64,000 bases of DNA, from NCBI GenBank assembly GCA_025201805.1, contig MU619258.1, forward strand, positions 260,288-324,287, given 5' to 3'. The notes under the pieces were generated by a model, which had not been told where the DNA came from, did not search any database, and saw nothing but the letters and a program-made list of their open reading frames with translations. A program made the position numbers and the translations under genes. Of the stretch, positions 12,145-25,103 are shown in pieces (position 1 is the stretch's first letter; the number at the start of each line of letters is the position of its first letter). The DNA is from Parasitella parasitica NRRL 2501. Its lineage: Eukaryota > Fungi > Mucoromycota.

Positions 12145-13594
12145 ATGGAGGAAAATTTGGAAGCCGGTAACAAGTATTTTCAACAGGGCGAGAAGGCGTA
12201 AGTTTTATGATCTAAAGTTTTGGCAATACAAATCGCTTTGACCATGCATCACAGTGCTTCGAAAAGTTTCTTTAGAAAGCCTGACTGGGATCTTGCTGCT
12301 AGTTACTTTGAAAATGCTGGTAATGTCGAGTTCAGGGAGCCCATCGAAAACTGTCAGCTAAACATTATTCTCGTTGCAATAGCTACCAACTTTAAAATCG
12401 CACAGTCTTACAAGCTAGCTGTAGGCGCATATGAAAAAGCTTCAGATGCTTATTTTAAATCAGATGGGTTAGAACCACATGCATTTTTAGCTGCATGAGT
12501 CGCACTCACTATGTCTTTAATCTACTTTGCAGCATCCATCTAGCAGGAAAAGCTCTCGAAAATGCGGCATTCATTTTGAATCAAAACCTGAACGATCCTA
12601 AACGTGCTGCTAGTGCCTATCAGCGTGCTAGCAACTATTTTATGGCGCAAGGTACGTCCAAGATGTGGTTAATTCAGAGAGTGTAACCATGTTCTCTAGG
12701 TAGTATTGATAGAGCTGCTGAACAACTGGAAAAGGCAGGACGGTAAATGACGAATGGGGGAGGGGTTCTTTTGTGCGGACGCATTCGTTAATACGGCAAT
12801 AGTGCTCTTGAAAATGTTGATATGAATGAATCTTTTGAAATGTACAGCAAAGCATGCTCTTTGTACGAACAAGAAGATAGAGGACGGTTCGCAATTGAGA
12901 TATTCAAGAGGGCCATTTCATTACTAATCAGAAACAAAAAGCAAGTAATCATAATATGTGTGTATGACACGACTACCAACACTTAATACAGGTATGACAA
13001 GGCAATCGACATGCTGAAACGAGAGTCTGTCATCCTCCAAAAATTCACCGCTAGATCCCAGTTGTATAAAGCCAATTTAAGTATTCTCATCCTGATTTTT
13101 GCCATTGGAGATGACGTTGAAGCTAGCAAACAGTTCAATAATATGTGCGGGTAGGTTTACAACTACATTCTCCATCGAAAATCACGGCCTCTGATTGCTG
13201 CACTATATACAGAAACGACGCTGGATTTGCTCAAAGCGAAGAAGCCGAGATTGCCGAGAATATGCTGAAAGCGTTTGATGAGAGAGATCAAGAATTGTTA
13301 GTAAAGACTACAGGATCACAGCACATGACATTCTTGGATAACCAAGTTGTCAAGTTAGCCCGCATGCTAGTAGTCCCTGGTGAAGTCTTGTCGCCTGCTA
13401 GTCTCAACCGACATGAAATCAATGGTAGCGGCAACAATGTGCGACCTTCTGGCCACTATCAAGGTGCTGCAGCCGATAGCAGTGTTCGTGGAATGTCCCA
13501 TGTCCAAGCAAGAGATGCATTATATAGCCGTCCTAAACCTCCTACTGCCAATTACGGCAATGACGATGACGATGACACCGAGGGACTAAGATAA
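12145..13594 (+). CDS. Gamma-SNAP-like soluble NSF attachment protein
   Basis: Multi-exon model gives KSFFRKPDWDLAASYFENAATNFK, IHLAGKALENAA, SIDRAAEQLEKAG, FAQSEEAEIAENMLKAFDERD and an acidic DDDDDTEGLR end. The KPD.D.AA.. N-terminus is characteristic of gamma-SNAP. Confidence 0.8.
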
Positions 13595-13820
13595 TACTTT
13601 TTTTTTTTTTTAATTTTTTCAATAGCTTGCAATACTTTGATGCAATTTACTTGATCACTACCGTCACTAATACTCGACCAATCAAAATATGCACTTGAGA
13701 GGGCTATTAGAAGTTGTGTTCGTTATCTTTCCTGTCTGTTTTCTTTTGTTGTTGTTTTTTGTTTTCTTTTTTACCATCTGCAGTGCTTAAAGAGAGAATT
13801 TACATGCATCTAGAGCAACA

Positions 13821-14596
13821 ATGTCTGGGGAAATCTCAATAGCAAATGCAAATCATGCGGGCAAAAAGACAAACTTGTTTCAAGCCCAAACGACACACTT
13901 TCAAATCGACCCATCATTAGCCATGCGTTGTCATGAAAGTTCACCTGATGCGATTCCTGTTGTGTTGCGTGGCTCCAAGACTTGCAGGACGACAATAGGG
14001 AGAGGGCATGACGCGACAGTAAAAATAGGCAAGGCCAACAAAAGAGTCTCTAGAGAACATGTGGTGATTGAGCACAAACCGCATATCGACGGATTCGAAT
14101 TGACAATACTATCGCCTAATGGGGCTCTGATCGATCATATTATATTTGTGGAAGGAGAACATGTACCTATTGTGGAAGGGACGACAATTGAAATCCTTGG
14201 AACAAAGATTATTTTCCAGGTTCCTGATGAAAAGCAATTTGCAGAGAATATGGAAGGTGTAATCGAAACATCAAAAGAAGCGTCATTGACAACATCACTA
14301 TCTATAGCAACCAAAATAGACATACAACAGGGACAGAAAGGCAAGGTGAATAAGAGAAGCAAGCAAAATCAGGAGGAGGAGGAAATTATACCCGTGACCA
14401 TTAGGCCAGACAACATGTCGATATCCGCTGTTAGATCAATCACAACCACCGCTGTCAGCAAAAAAGGCGGCAAAAATCATAGCAAATCAGCCATAAATCG
14501 CATTATAAAATCCACTACATCTAAACTGAAAGACACGGCTCGAAATGTCATAAAAAAGCCAATGACATTAGAAGATGAGATTATTCAGGTACTAGG
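13821..14596 (+). CDS. FHA-domain protein (Tos4/Plm2-like), 3'-truncated at an assembly gap
   Basis: TIGRG...NKRVSREHVVI...SPNGALID is the FHA signature (GR, SxxH, NG). The exon ends at EDEIIQVL followed by a GT donor, poly-T and Ns. Confidence 0.75.
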
Positions 14597-14602
14597 TAGA
14601 TT

Positions 14603-14640
<38 letters not shown>

Positions 14641-14676
14641 NNNNNNNNNNNNNNNNNNNNNNNNNNNNNNNNNNNN
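14641..14676. other. Assembly gap (N run) flanked by poly-T and poly-A
   Basis: N characters in the sequence. Confidence 0.99.
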
Positions 14677-14705
14677 GAGGAAAGAAGAAAATGGTAACTT
14701 GTCCA

Positions 14706-14777
<72 letters not shown>

Positions 14778-14779
<2 letters not shown>

Positions 14780-15578
14780 GGTTTTCGGCTGTAGCTACAT
14801 TGGGAAAGCTACACTCTGTTGATTTCAAAGCTATTGGACTAGAGGGGTATGGTAGAGATGCTGGTTTTTATGCACGTCAAATGAAGTCCCTTGGTAAAGT
14901 GTCAGCAGCGCAAGGAGCTGTTATTGACGAGGAAACAGGAGAAGCTGTTGGCCCAATTCCTCGTTTAGATGAAATGTTTGCTTGGTTTAGACGTAATGAG
15001 GTCAAAGATCGAGCTACCATCATCCATGGTGACTTCAAAATTGACAACATGGTGTGTAAATGTATTGTGATAAGGAGGCTACATACTCACAATATTATGT
15101 AGATTTTTCATCCTACTGAACCTCGAGTCATTGGAGTACTTGATTGGGAGCTGTCGACGATTGGTCATCCTTTATCAGATTTATCCAATTTGCTCCAGCC
15201 CTTCTATATCCCTGACCAGCCTGGCCTTGTGGGTTTGAAGGGCCTTGACCCACTGCCTGTACCTGGATCTGGGGAACTGATGCAATGCTACTGTTCTCAG
15301 CTGAAGGGTATACAATATCCCATCGATAACTGGTTATTTGCTGTTGCATTTTCCTTCTTCAGAGTAAGTGCGAAGCAGATTTGTGAATCATACACAGAGA
15401 CTAACGGATAACGTAGCTGGCTGTAATCACTCAGGGTATCGCTGCTAGAGTTGCACGTAAACAAGCGTCTTCTGCACAAGCAAAGTTTGTCGCACAGAAA
15501 TTCAAGCCTGTTTCATATTTAGCTTTAGACATTGTTGATAGAGGTGAATTAGGTCGACAGACCAATAGTAAATTGTAA
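14778..15578 (+). CDS. ACAD10/11-type phosphotransferase, 3' part; ends in the PTS1 signal SKL
   Basis: WFSAVATLGKLHSVDF, IIHGDFKIDNM, IFHPTEPRVIGVLDWELSTIGHPLSDL, AVITQGIAAR, C-terminus TNSKL-stop. Continues in phase from the exon ending at 11314. Confidence 0.9.
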
Positions 15579-16195
15579 TCTTTATTTGTATTGATTAAAA
15601 AAACAACAAAACAAAGAGTATAATGCACTCGCACGGATGAATATAAGTTTTGAAACATGTCTGTCCTCCTGAATACGTACATGGCGCATTTAAGCAGACG
15701 CTCTCGGATCAAGAAAATAGCGGTTTCCATAACAAAATGTGATTAAGGTATGCTTCAAATGAAATCTATTCGCTAGATTCAACAAATATTCAGAGAAAAT
15801 CATTAAATAGACAAAGTCTCATTTAATTGCCTGATTGACAATGAGTTGCGTACATACGGTCCAGCTTCAAGCTGTATAGGGGCATCTTGTAAATCAAGTT
15901 TAAAACATGTTTGGCAGTGAACCATCTAAATTGCTCCTAAATATACCTGTAAAACTTGACATTGTTGATGAACGAAAGCTTTTTGTACTACAGGGTATTG
16001 TTTGCAAGTGGATTGTTTCAAATGCTTTTTCTATTGTAATTTAAATATATCACTAGTACCATATTCAATACAAATCATACAGGATCGTTTAAAATTGGGA
16101 TTTTTGTGTATAAATGCATTCACATCCCCTCGCATTGGTCGTGCTTTTCTCTTTCTCTTTCTCTCTCTTTCTTTTATACAATTCTATATAATAAA

Positions 16196-17066
<871 letters not shown>

Positions 17067-17133
17067 AACGTCTAATTCATGTAAAATTCTAAATCATGTA
17101 ATTTAATAAATATTTTTTATTAATTAACAAGAA

Positions 17134-18095
17134 TCAGGCTTTTTGTTGGTGTTCTTTGTCTTCAAAATGCTTCTTCAAGATGTCTAATGCCTTTCCGCGG
17201 TGAGATATACTGTTCTTAATGTCTTTATCCAGTTGTGCATAGCTATATAAAGTTGTTTTAGAGTTTTTAGTTTCCATATATGTTTAAATTGCTCATATTT
17301 ATAAATATCTCACGTTTCTTCAAAGCCATCAGGTTGAAAAATGGCATCCCAACCAAAGGTACCAGGACCGCGTGCGTCAACAATTTTGCCCTGACATTTC
17401 CCGTTAATACATGCTGTCCAATATACTTAGATACCATATCAGCTTACATAGGTTTTGCCTTCAAAAATAATGGGCTCATGTCCAGGGCCCTCGCAATAAC
17501 CGAATGTGCAAAGCGCATAAGCTGATCTATCATCAAATCCATCCAGCATTTTGTTGATACCAGCATGACCGATTGAATCCTGGAACCATTTGCTATTGTG
17601 AGAGAAACAATGAATATGTAATGCACACCAAGAAACTTCTGTGCGTAATCTTACATGTAAGGACCGGGAAGTCCGTTCATGGCATTGAAACATAAAGCTG
17701 TGTCTTCTGTGATACAGGGGCCATTAAGCTAACGAAAAAAAGAAAAGAAAAACATCATCAGGTTCCATCCTGTACTCGTATTTAATACTTACAATTTCAG
17801 CAGCAAGCTTTGATTTTTGCTTTGCAATTTCTTGAGTTTCTCCTTGAAGCTCAGGCACTATTAAAAAAAAAAGCATATTTCAGGAGCCGTTTCACAGCAC
17901 AAGATATATGCATGTTACATACAGTCGAGCTTATGAGATTCCACATCAATGACACCCTTCAAGATGGCTTGGACTTCGCTAAGCTTGTTCTTGTTGCCAG
18001 TAACAAACACTAGAAACTGTTGTTATTCCAGTGTATACCGTACCTATAATCACCTTCGACTTACCAAGTTTGGGTAATTCTTTTGATGTGCTCAT
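17134..18095 (-). CDS. HAM1: Inosine triphosphate pyrophosphatase (Ham1/ITPA)
   Basis: Spliced exons give [61 protein letters not shown]. Confidence 0.93.
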
Positions 18096-19574
18096 GTATA
18101 TTTTTTCGAGTTACTGCAAAACGTGTCAAAGTGGAAGAAAGGCAAAAAAAAAAAAAAAGAGACTGCCTCGGTGACTCAATTTTGTTAACATAATGCTTCC
18201 TGTCCTTTTTTTACACAGTGTAGTCAATTGATTTCATCTACAGTCTTTTTACGGTTTCTGAAAAAAAAAGTTCAAGTAAATGTAAAAATGTTACGGTATT
18301 TGTGATAAAATATAGTAAGGTTTCTTATATTTCTGATAAAAGCTGAGATGTTTTTGAGAGAAAAGAATTGTCTGTCTAAGAAGTTTTTCAAGTAGGGAGA
18401 AGTATTAAATGCAATCGCATTTATATTTTATTTTGATCAAACAGTCATTGTGCAGGAGCAATAGGTATTTTTAAATGAATGACTATTTGGGTTTTTTATT
18501 ATCCCATTTTTCAATACAATAAAAACTCTTTATTAGCACTATCGACATGTACTTCAGATACCTGAAACTGAACAATCACAACGGGCTACAAAGCTTAAAA
18601 GCAAGAACTTAAGCTTTGCATGCCATTTTTTGACTGATTTTTATAATTAAAAGTGCCCTGAAGACGCCAGAAATAGTATCCAATGGGAAAAAACTATATT
18701 ATGTATGATTTTGGTGCAATTTGAGCAAGATTTTTTTTTCGATGCAAAATGACGGATTTTTTCGATTTTTTCCTTGTATCCACACATGCAGAATCATCGA
18801 TTACGCATTATCCTCGATTTTGACATCAAAAACGCAACTTTTTACTATGGCATATAATAGAAGAAAATGATCGTAAAAGGTCATTCCTTGATCTGAAAGA
18901 CTGGAAAAGCGCTCTGATTAAGTAAAATGTTGACTTTTCCCTCTTTATCTGTTTTTGAGATTTTTCGGCAGAATTCCTTCCATAGGCATACGGGGATTAT
19001 GAAAAGTTACCAGCGTGTAAAGCGCCCAAAAATACAGCTATTATCATAGACTGACAGCCGTGGTATGCATAGTACAAGAAGATGATATTTTGCCCCAAAG
19101 GAGTAATTTTGTTTTTTTCTTATCCAAATCGAGTTTCTGGAAGAAAAAATTCTTCCAGATCTTAGACGCATGGCTGCTGAGAGTCAAAAACTTGCTCTGC
19201 ACGTTTAATCTCCGCTCTTAAAAAAAAACGGTAGTGCTTTTTGAAGACAACTCTAGCTTTGAAAAGCCATTGCTTACCCAATTCAAAAGACTAACAATTG
19301 TAATTTAATTTATATAGATTGTGTGTTTCTCGGCTTTCTAATGGTACCAGTTACATGTCTTTACCTGGCCTGACGATCTCATGCTCCGATTTTGAAAAAT
19401 ACTTTACCGAAAAAAGTCAGAGAAAAGTCGCTACCTTCATCTGATGTCAACTTAAAAAGCACAAACATTTGCTCTAAACTATGCAAATGCGTACTCAAAA
19501 GGTGTCTTATAATCCAATACATTAGTTTGCATTACTTGTTTATGTGTTCGAGTTTGCCAAGCATTGTTTTCGTA

Positions 19575-20656
19575 CAGTTTTCGTCCTTTTTCTGACAATC
19601 ACACACTGAAAAAAAAAAATCAGGCGCCTAAAGTCTACGTAGCTGGCTTTGCATTGACTCACACTTTTGAACCATTCCAATATTACGGAAAAGATGGCGC
19701 AGGTTTGACTAGCTGTTCCACTGTGCAACTGGATATAGAGAACCCTGCTTGGTTCTTGTTTGATGAGACCTTCTACACTAGAAGACGCCAGATCAACCGA
19801 AAGCATGAGAAAATGCTAGAGAAAAGGAAACAATCTGCCATCAGGATAACACACCCATTCATAAAAATTCAACTGTATAGAAATTTTTGAAATCCCAAGG
19901 ACATAAATATGTTTATCTTCAACTTTGCTCCCCGTTCCTGAATCCAATTAGAGGCTTTTTGATCCAAAGTCAACAGACACACTTGCACCCAGAATCTTAA
20001 ATGTAAATAATAGAAGATCCAGGTATCTTCCAAGTCTGGAAATTGCTTGAGAAAAGCTTCTTTGGTAAGTCCAAGTGTTGAGGACCGGCAGTTGTCAAGG
20101 TACTGGATCACCTACCTCTGTTTTTGGCTTTCGGAGCAAAACCAGGTAATACACTACCGTTGCTATCGTTCAAATCCTTGTGCAGCCTGTAAGCACTTTG
20201 TCGTGAAATATTATAACGTACTGCGGCTTTAGGTAAAGTAGTGCCATCGTTTTGGAGTATTTATATGTAAATGCGCATTTGCTCGGGGGAGTACTTTTTG
20301 TACCTTCTCTTACTGTCATTAATTGATTCAACTTTCAAGTTTTCTGGGAGTCGATCTCCATGGTTGAGTCCTTCGGTAAATGAATCGAAGTCCATTATTA
20401 TTTTGATATCGCCGTATTGATGGGCCACATCTTCCATCTGTTCTTCAGATTCATCGTCAATAATATAACCGAAATCGAATAGTCTTACACATAGAAATGA
20501 CATAATAATGGTTAAATAAATCTCATGTATATAATGTTTTTTCAACACTTTTTCAATATCGCCACTTTTTATTCACAAACAAATTTTATTGACGGCACAG
20601 ATAGTCATTTTTTAGTAATTGCGACAATCGACTGTTTGAGAATACGGATAAAACTA
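19575..20656 (-). mobile_element. Degenerate Tc1/mariner-like DNA transposon remnant
   Basis: Broken minus-strand frames (..RRYKKYSPEQMRIYI.., AAVRYNISRQSAYRL HTH-like, IQYLDNCRSSTLGLTKEAFLKQFPDL) resemble N-termini of Mucorales Tc1-like transposases. Imperfect inverted ends: TA|CAGTTTTCGTCCTTTTTCT at 19575 versus the reverse complement TAGTTTTATCCGTATTCT ending at 20656. Confidence 0.6.
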
Positions 20657-20846
20657 TCATATACATTGTATCGCGAATTTTAGGGAACTGAAATTTACTA
20701 ATTTTAATGAGTTCAAATGATATAATGAGGGTAGAAGGATTTGGGTTGCATAGAAATGAGATTATTCTCATCTTTGATGTAATAAATTCGATTTCTTGCA
20801 AAATTGTAATGATGGTTGAGATGGACAGAGCGCTTTTGCTCGTCCT

Positions 20847-21121
20847 TTAAGGTTGTGATGCGTTTTCATTCTCATTGCTTTTCAGCACAGATCCCGCAGA
20901 CATGTATCTATTGATAAATACATTAGTTTAAATGTAGTTTATATTTCAGACACATACAATGATGAGTGCAACGTTCCCAGTTTTCGTATGCTAGGCATCT
21001 GTTCAACTGTTTTTCTCATATTTTCATCCATCTTTTTCATATTTTGGTCCAGTTTATCCAATCCATTTCTCAACTCGGCATATTGCATCTTCTTTGATGC
21101 ATAAGCGGTCGAATTCTTCAT
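20847..21121 (-). CDS. HSK3: DASH/Dam1 complex subunit Hsk3-like
   Basis: Two exons (intron 20908-20957) give a 74 aa coiled coil, KKMQYAELRNGLDKLDQNMKKMDENMRKTVEQMPSIRKLGTLHSSLYMSAGSVL. This matches the Hsk3 pattern K..QY..L...L..L..N......LG..H. Confidence 0.7.
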
Positions 21122-21248
21122 ATTTAGGTGAAACGAAAGAAGAAAAAGCCGTGGGACCACCTTTGCTGTAAAAGAAAAGACGCACGCGTCGGAACAACTC
21201 GATAGGTACAGCTTCTCTTCAACACAACTTTTTTTTTTTTGTTAAAAA

Positions 21249-21875
21249 ATGAAATCTAGCCGAAGATCAATAAAAAACAATTTTGACAATAAAAGTCGGT
21301 GGCGAGACAAATTCAAACAGCAATGCGACGATAGAATGAAAGAAGCTCGGCAAGATAAAATTAATAAAATCAGAGAAGATCAGGTAAACAAGGGAAACAC
21401 AAAATCTTTTATTAGCAAACATGCTTACATTTTTCGAAACAAGTTGCTACATAAAATCTTGGAGCAAGAATGGGATATTTTTAAAAAGGAAAATGAAGAT
21501 GCAATGCGCAATGAAGGAATTGACGACATCGACAATTTAATAGAAGAGAGTATGTGGGATGAGGAAGCAGACATGTATTTCAGAGAAGAGGAAGAAAACT
21601 TGAGTCAAGCAATGGACGATTATCAAGCAATAGTATGTGTTAACTGTCAAAAAGCGGCATTAATCTCTACTCAAATGCAAGGCCTTCAAGTATTATCGTG
21701 TCCAAATTGCGGATTTTATGCGACGGAAATGTGTTTGAACACTATTTTGCAGGCGATCAAAAACCATTCCATGCAGTGTTATGGTCTAATCTCGTACATT
21801 CTAGAGCCTGGTACTGATGATTCAATTATTGCTGCTTGTAATATTTGCGATCTATGGGATTTGTTTAAATTGTAA
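21249..21875 (+). CDS. RPA-interacting protein (RPAIN/RIP)-like
   Basis: N-terminal WRDKFKQQCDDRMKEAR, acidic middle, and C-terminal Zn ligands CVNC, CPNC, H..C, CNIC. A probable in-frame 60-nt intron lies at 21384-21443. Confidence 0.8.
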   Translation: MKSSRRSIKNNFDNKSRWRDKFKQQCDDRMKEARQDKINKIREDQVNKGNTKSFISKHAYIFRNKLLHKILEQEWDIFKKENEDAMRNEGIDDIDNLIEESMWDEEADMYFREEEENLSQAMDDYQAIVCVNCQKAALISTQMQGLQVLSCPNCGFYATEMCLNTILQAIKNHSMQCYGLISYILEPGTDDSIIAACNICDLWDLFKL

Positions 21876-22020
21876 ATACCTAAATATGTGCTTGTCATAA
21901 TATGCTGCACACGATGTGACTTATAGCTTTGCTCGGTATCATAACCGTTGTATATTTGTGGCATCCTTGAAAAAAATTAAAGGCTCTTCTCTTTCTCATT
22001 TCTATACTTTGACAGCCCAC

Positions 22021-24522
22021 ATGGAAGACAGCAATTTTTCTTCTTGTGAGCAATACTTGTTCAAGCCATTGAACTCGATTAGAGTAAATCATTATACAGT
22101 TTCAATTCCTGACTCCTCAATTTTATATTTTTTCTGCTTAGGAAAGCGTACCTGAAAACGCCAATGTGGAGTGTAGCATATCTTTGCAAAACATTATATC
22201 AAAAAAAGGCGAACCTAAAAACGAACAATTACTCTTGAATTCTATAGATTCGCTGATCAACGTTTTAAGAGTTAGAAAAAGTGCAGTAAGCTTGCCATAA
22301 TGAGTAGTATTAGTACAGTTCTTAAAGACTAATTGTAAAAACATTACAGACTTTTCTAGGAGATTCAGGCTATTCAGTCTTGTCCGATTTATTGCCTCTT
22401 ATCAACAGTAGTAACGATGACATAAGGGCATCTGCTTATGTCTGTTTACAATATCTTTCCAGCTATTTGGATGAAGATGAAGTTGCCCTTATCATGATGA
22501 ATCAGCTTATTAGCTTGGATTGGCAGACTTTCGATGCTTCTTCTTACTATCAAAGTGCTCGCCTCTCAGCTGTGTATTTCGAATTATTAGGCAGATCGCT
22601 TGAAAAAATGACTAGACCTAGAGATTGGATGCTTTTTTTACCTTTTCTTGCTAATTATTTAGTCGCGATTATCGATGAGATGGTTAAAATTCTGATCCAC
22701 GATTCGTGCTTCGGATCCTCGGATAAGCAGCCTTCGCTTTATGATAAAGTTTTCATCTTGAATAGCAACAACTGCTTAGATTTAATTCAGTTCCTTCATT
22801 CCAAAACAGTAGAGCAAGATCCGGCAGCATTTCCAGTAAGATTTAATAAGCCTTTGTTTTAGAATATTCTAAAGCTTGTCTATTAGTTTGACTCCAGGGA
22901 CATTGGAAAGGAAAGTGAAGATACGAAAAGACGATATCTCGCTTATTTCCTCACAAACCTGATGATAGAAAAAGTTATTGCTAACTTTGACATGCAACTA
23001 TCAGAAACTTACTTCAAAATGCACAATCCTGTATATGAATCCAGAATCACTGTGCATAGGTCAGGCATGAATGTGAAAGTAAATGCTGAAAATGACTATT
23101 ATAAACCAATGTATGAAATTGTCCATCGAACCATGGTAAATGCATGTACTCTAGTAGCAATAACTGTATTTTGACTGCGCACATCAGGAACTTGTTAACA
23201 AATATGGGCTTTCTTTTGAGAAAATGCATCAATTACAATCATCTATTGTCTTCAGCACAGTTTCGTCAGGTGAATTCTTCCCGCAAGAAGCTAAATTTGA
23301 CCACATAACTAACTTATTTACTCGATAAAGAGCATGCAGCTAAGGATAATGATTTGCAAATGATTAATTCTACTTTGTATCCATTGAGCTACAACGGAAT
23401 CGCTAGTTTACTCAGTCTATCGTTGTATGATAAGATCATTTACCCTCAAATATCATCTAATCCGTCTATGGGGCTCTTTGATGGCATGAACGACGTTTAC
23501 GACATGGCCCAAAAATACATTGGAATTGTATTAAACTTGGCAACAAGGTAGGTATTGAAGACAATGTTTTTGTGTAAACCTGACTGGGATGTGGATATTA
23601 GATGCTCAGAGCATCCCTGCGAAACTGACAAAGCTGTCTTTATCATGCTTTATATGGCAGACCATATCAAAAACGTAGTGGTTTCACCGAGTGATCTAGA
23701 TAAGATGATCCCTGGTCCTTGCGGGAACGAAGCCAGTTTTCCTGTGTCTCGTATTATTGAGGTATGCTGAATGTATGCAAACTGAACGACGATATTTATT
23801 GCCATATAGATAATCTCTACAGTAGCTTCTACTTGCCCTGACCCTACTGTTCGATTTGCTGCGTGCAAACTTATTGAAAAGTTCATTAACTATGGTGATG
23901 AAAAGACGCAATTGTTTTTATTTGATGAATTGTTGATTAGGTGCCCATATCCATCAATGAAGGTAGCCGCTATCCAGCTCCTAAAAGATCATGTCTGTAG
24001 AATTTTGGAGGAAAAGAAGGTATTCGCTGTGTTAATATATTTTGTATACTCTTCTAATTAATATCAATCCAAGTTTTCTTCGGCTTTTGCTAGCCCTGTT
24101 GTTCTCACAGAATTTGTTCCTATTATTTTGCAGTTCAAAGAACAGTGGGCAGTAAATCAGTATGAATTATGGAATGACTATAGCTATATTATGCAAGCTA
24201 TTGTGTTCTATCGAATATTGTATCTGAAAGATATACAACAGAGCCTGGTAAAAACGACATGCACAATGAAAGCAGTTCCATAATTTAATTTATAAATTGG
24301 CAGACGGCTATAGCGGATACTGGCGAGACTATGAATAGCTTATATTTCAATCCACTGTCAAAATTGCTTGATAAAATAGATACACAGGTTTGTAAACATA
24401 TCTGTCAAAAGAGACGCCTTTTATTTAAGCTCATTTTTCAGGATTTGGACAAAATAATGCAAATTGGAACATTGAAATACCAGATTGAACTGGTACAAAA
24501 TGACATCCGTGAGTCAGCCTAA
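22021..24522 (+). CDS. Ybp1/ALF4/glomulin-family helical protein
   Basis: About 10 short-intron exons. STVASTCPDPTVRFAACKLIEKF and CPYPSMKVAAIQLLKD resemble the conserved C-terminal motifs of the YAP-binding/ALF4/glomulin family. Confidence 0.65.
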
Positions 24523-24734
24523 TCAGGTGTCAAGTAAATGAGATTTAAACACACGCTCATCATGTTGATATTTAGCCTTAGTACGTTAGCACTTGATAAG
24601 AAATTATGGATTATTTGAGTGCAAAGTTATGCGAAATATATAATGACAACTGCTACATTTTTACATTAGAGTTCCTGTATAGTGCATTTTGCTTTTAGAA
24701 TTTTGTTGGCTATGAGCGGTTTAACATTTGTTTA

Positions 24735-24910
24735 TAATAGATCGAGAGATGTATCATATACACATTCATTATACTCGGGTTCTACAGTCTAACTGCATAA
24801 TGTTTTTTATGAGTATTCATGATTTACCGTAAGACCCTGGGACGGACTTGAGTCTCTGATATGAGACCTTGCCATGTTATTGATATAACATCCATTTCGT
24901 TTTTGTTATA
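24735..24910 (+). repeat. Dispersed non-coding repeat, family B (inverted copy at 63066-63240)
   Basis: For example GAGACCTTGCCATGTTATTGATATAACA near 24863 is the reverse complement of TGTTATATCAATAACATGGCAAGGTCTC near 63086. Colinear similarity extends over ~170 bp. Confidence 0.85.
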
Positions 24911-25103
24911 CTATCTCACTTACTTATACATTTGATGACGGAGTTTGAAATTGGTAGAACTAAATTTGGAGAGGCGCTTAAAATTTTGATCATACAGTTT
25001 TTTAACTTGGAATTGAGACGAATGGAAATATTTTTTAGACGAATGGGAATTTGATTCAAGACGAATGGAAATTGTTTTGAGACGATGAGAAAAGAAATTG
25101 AGA

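Noticed and set aside
14601-14828. Poly-Lys/poly-Phe ORFs around the gap (also 11122-11531)
   Set aside because: Translations of homopolymer tracts and Ns at an assembly junction.
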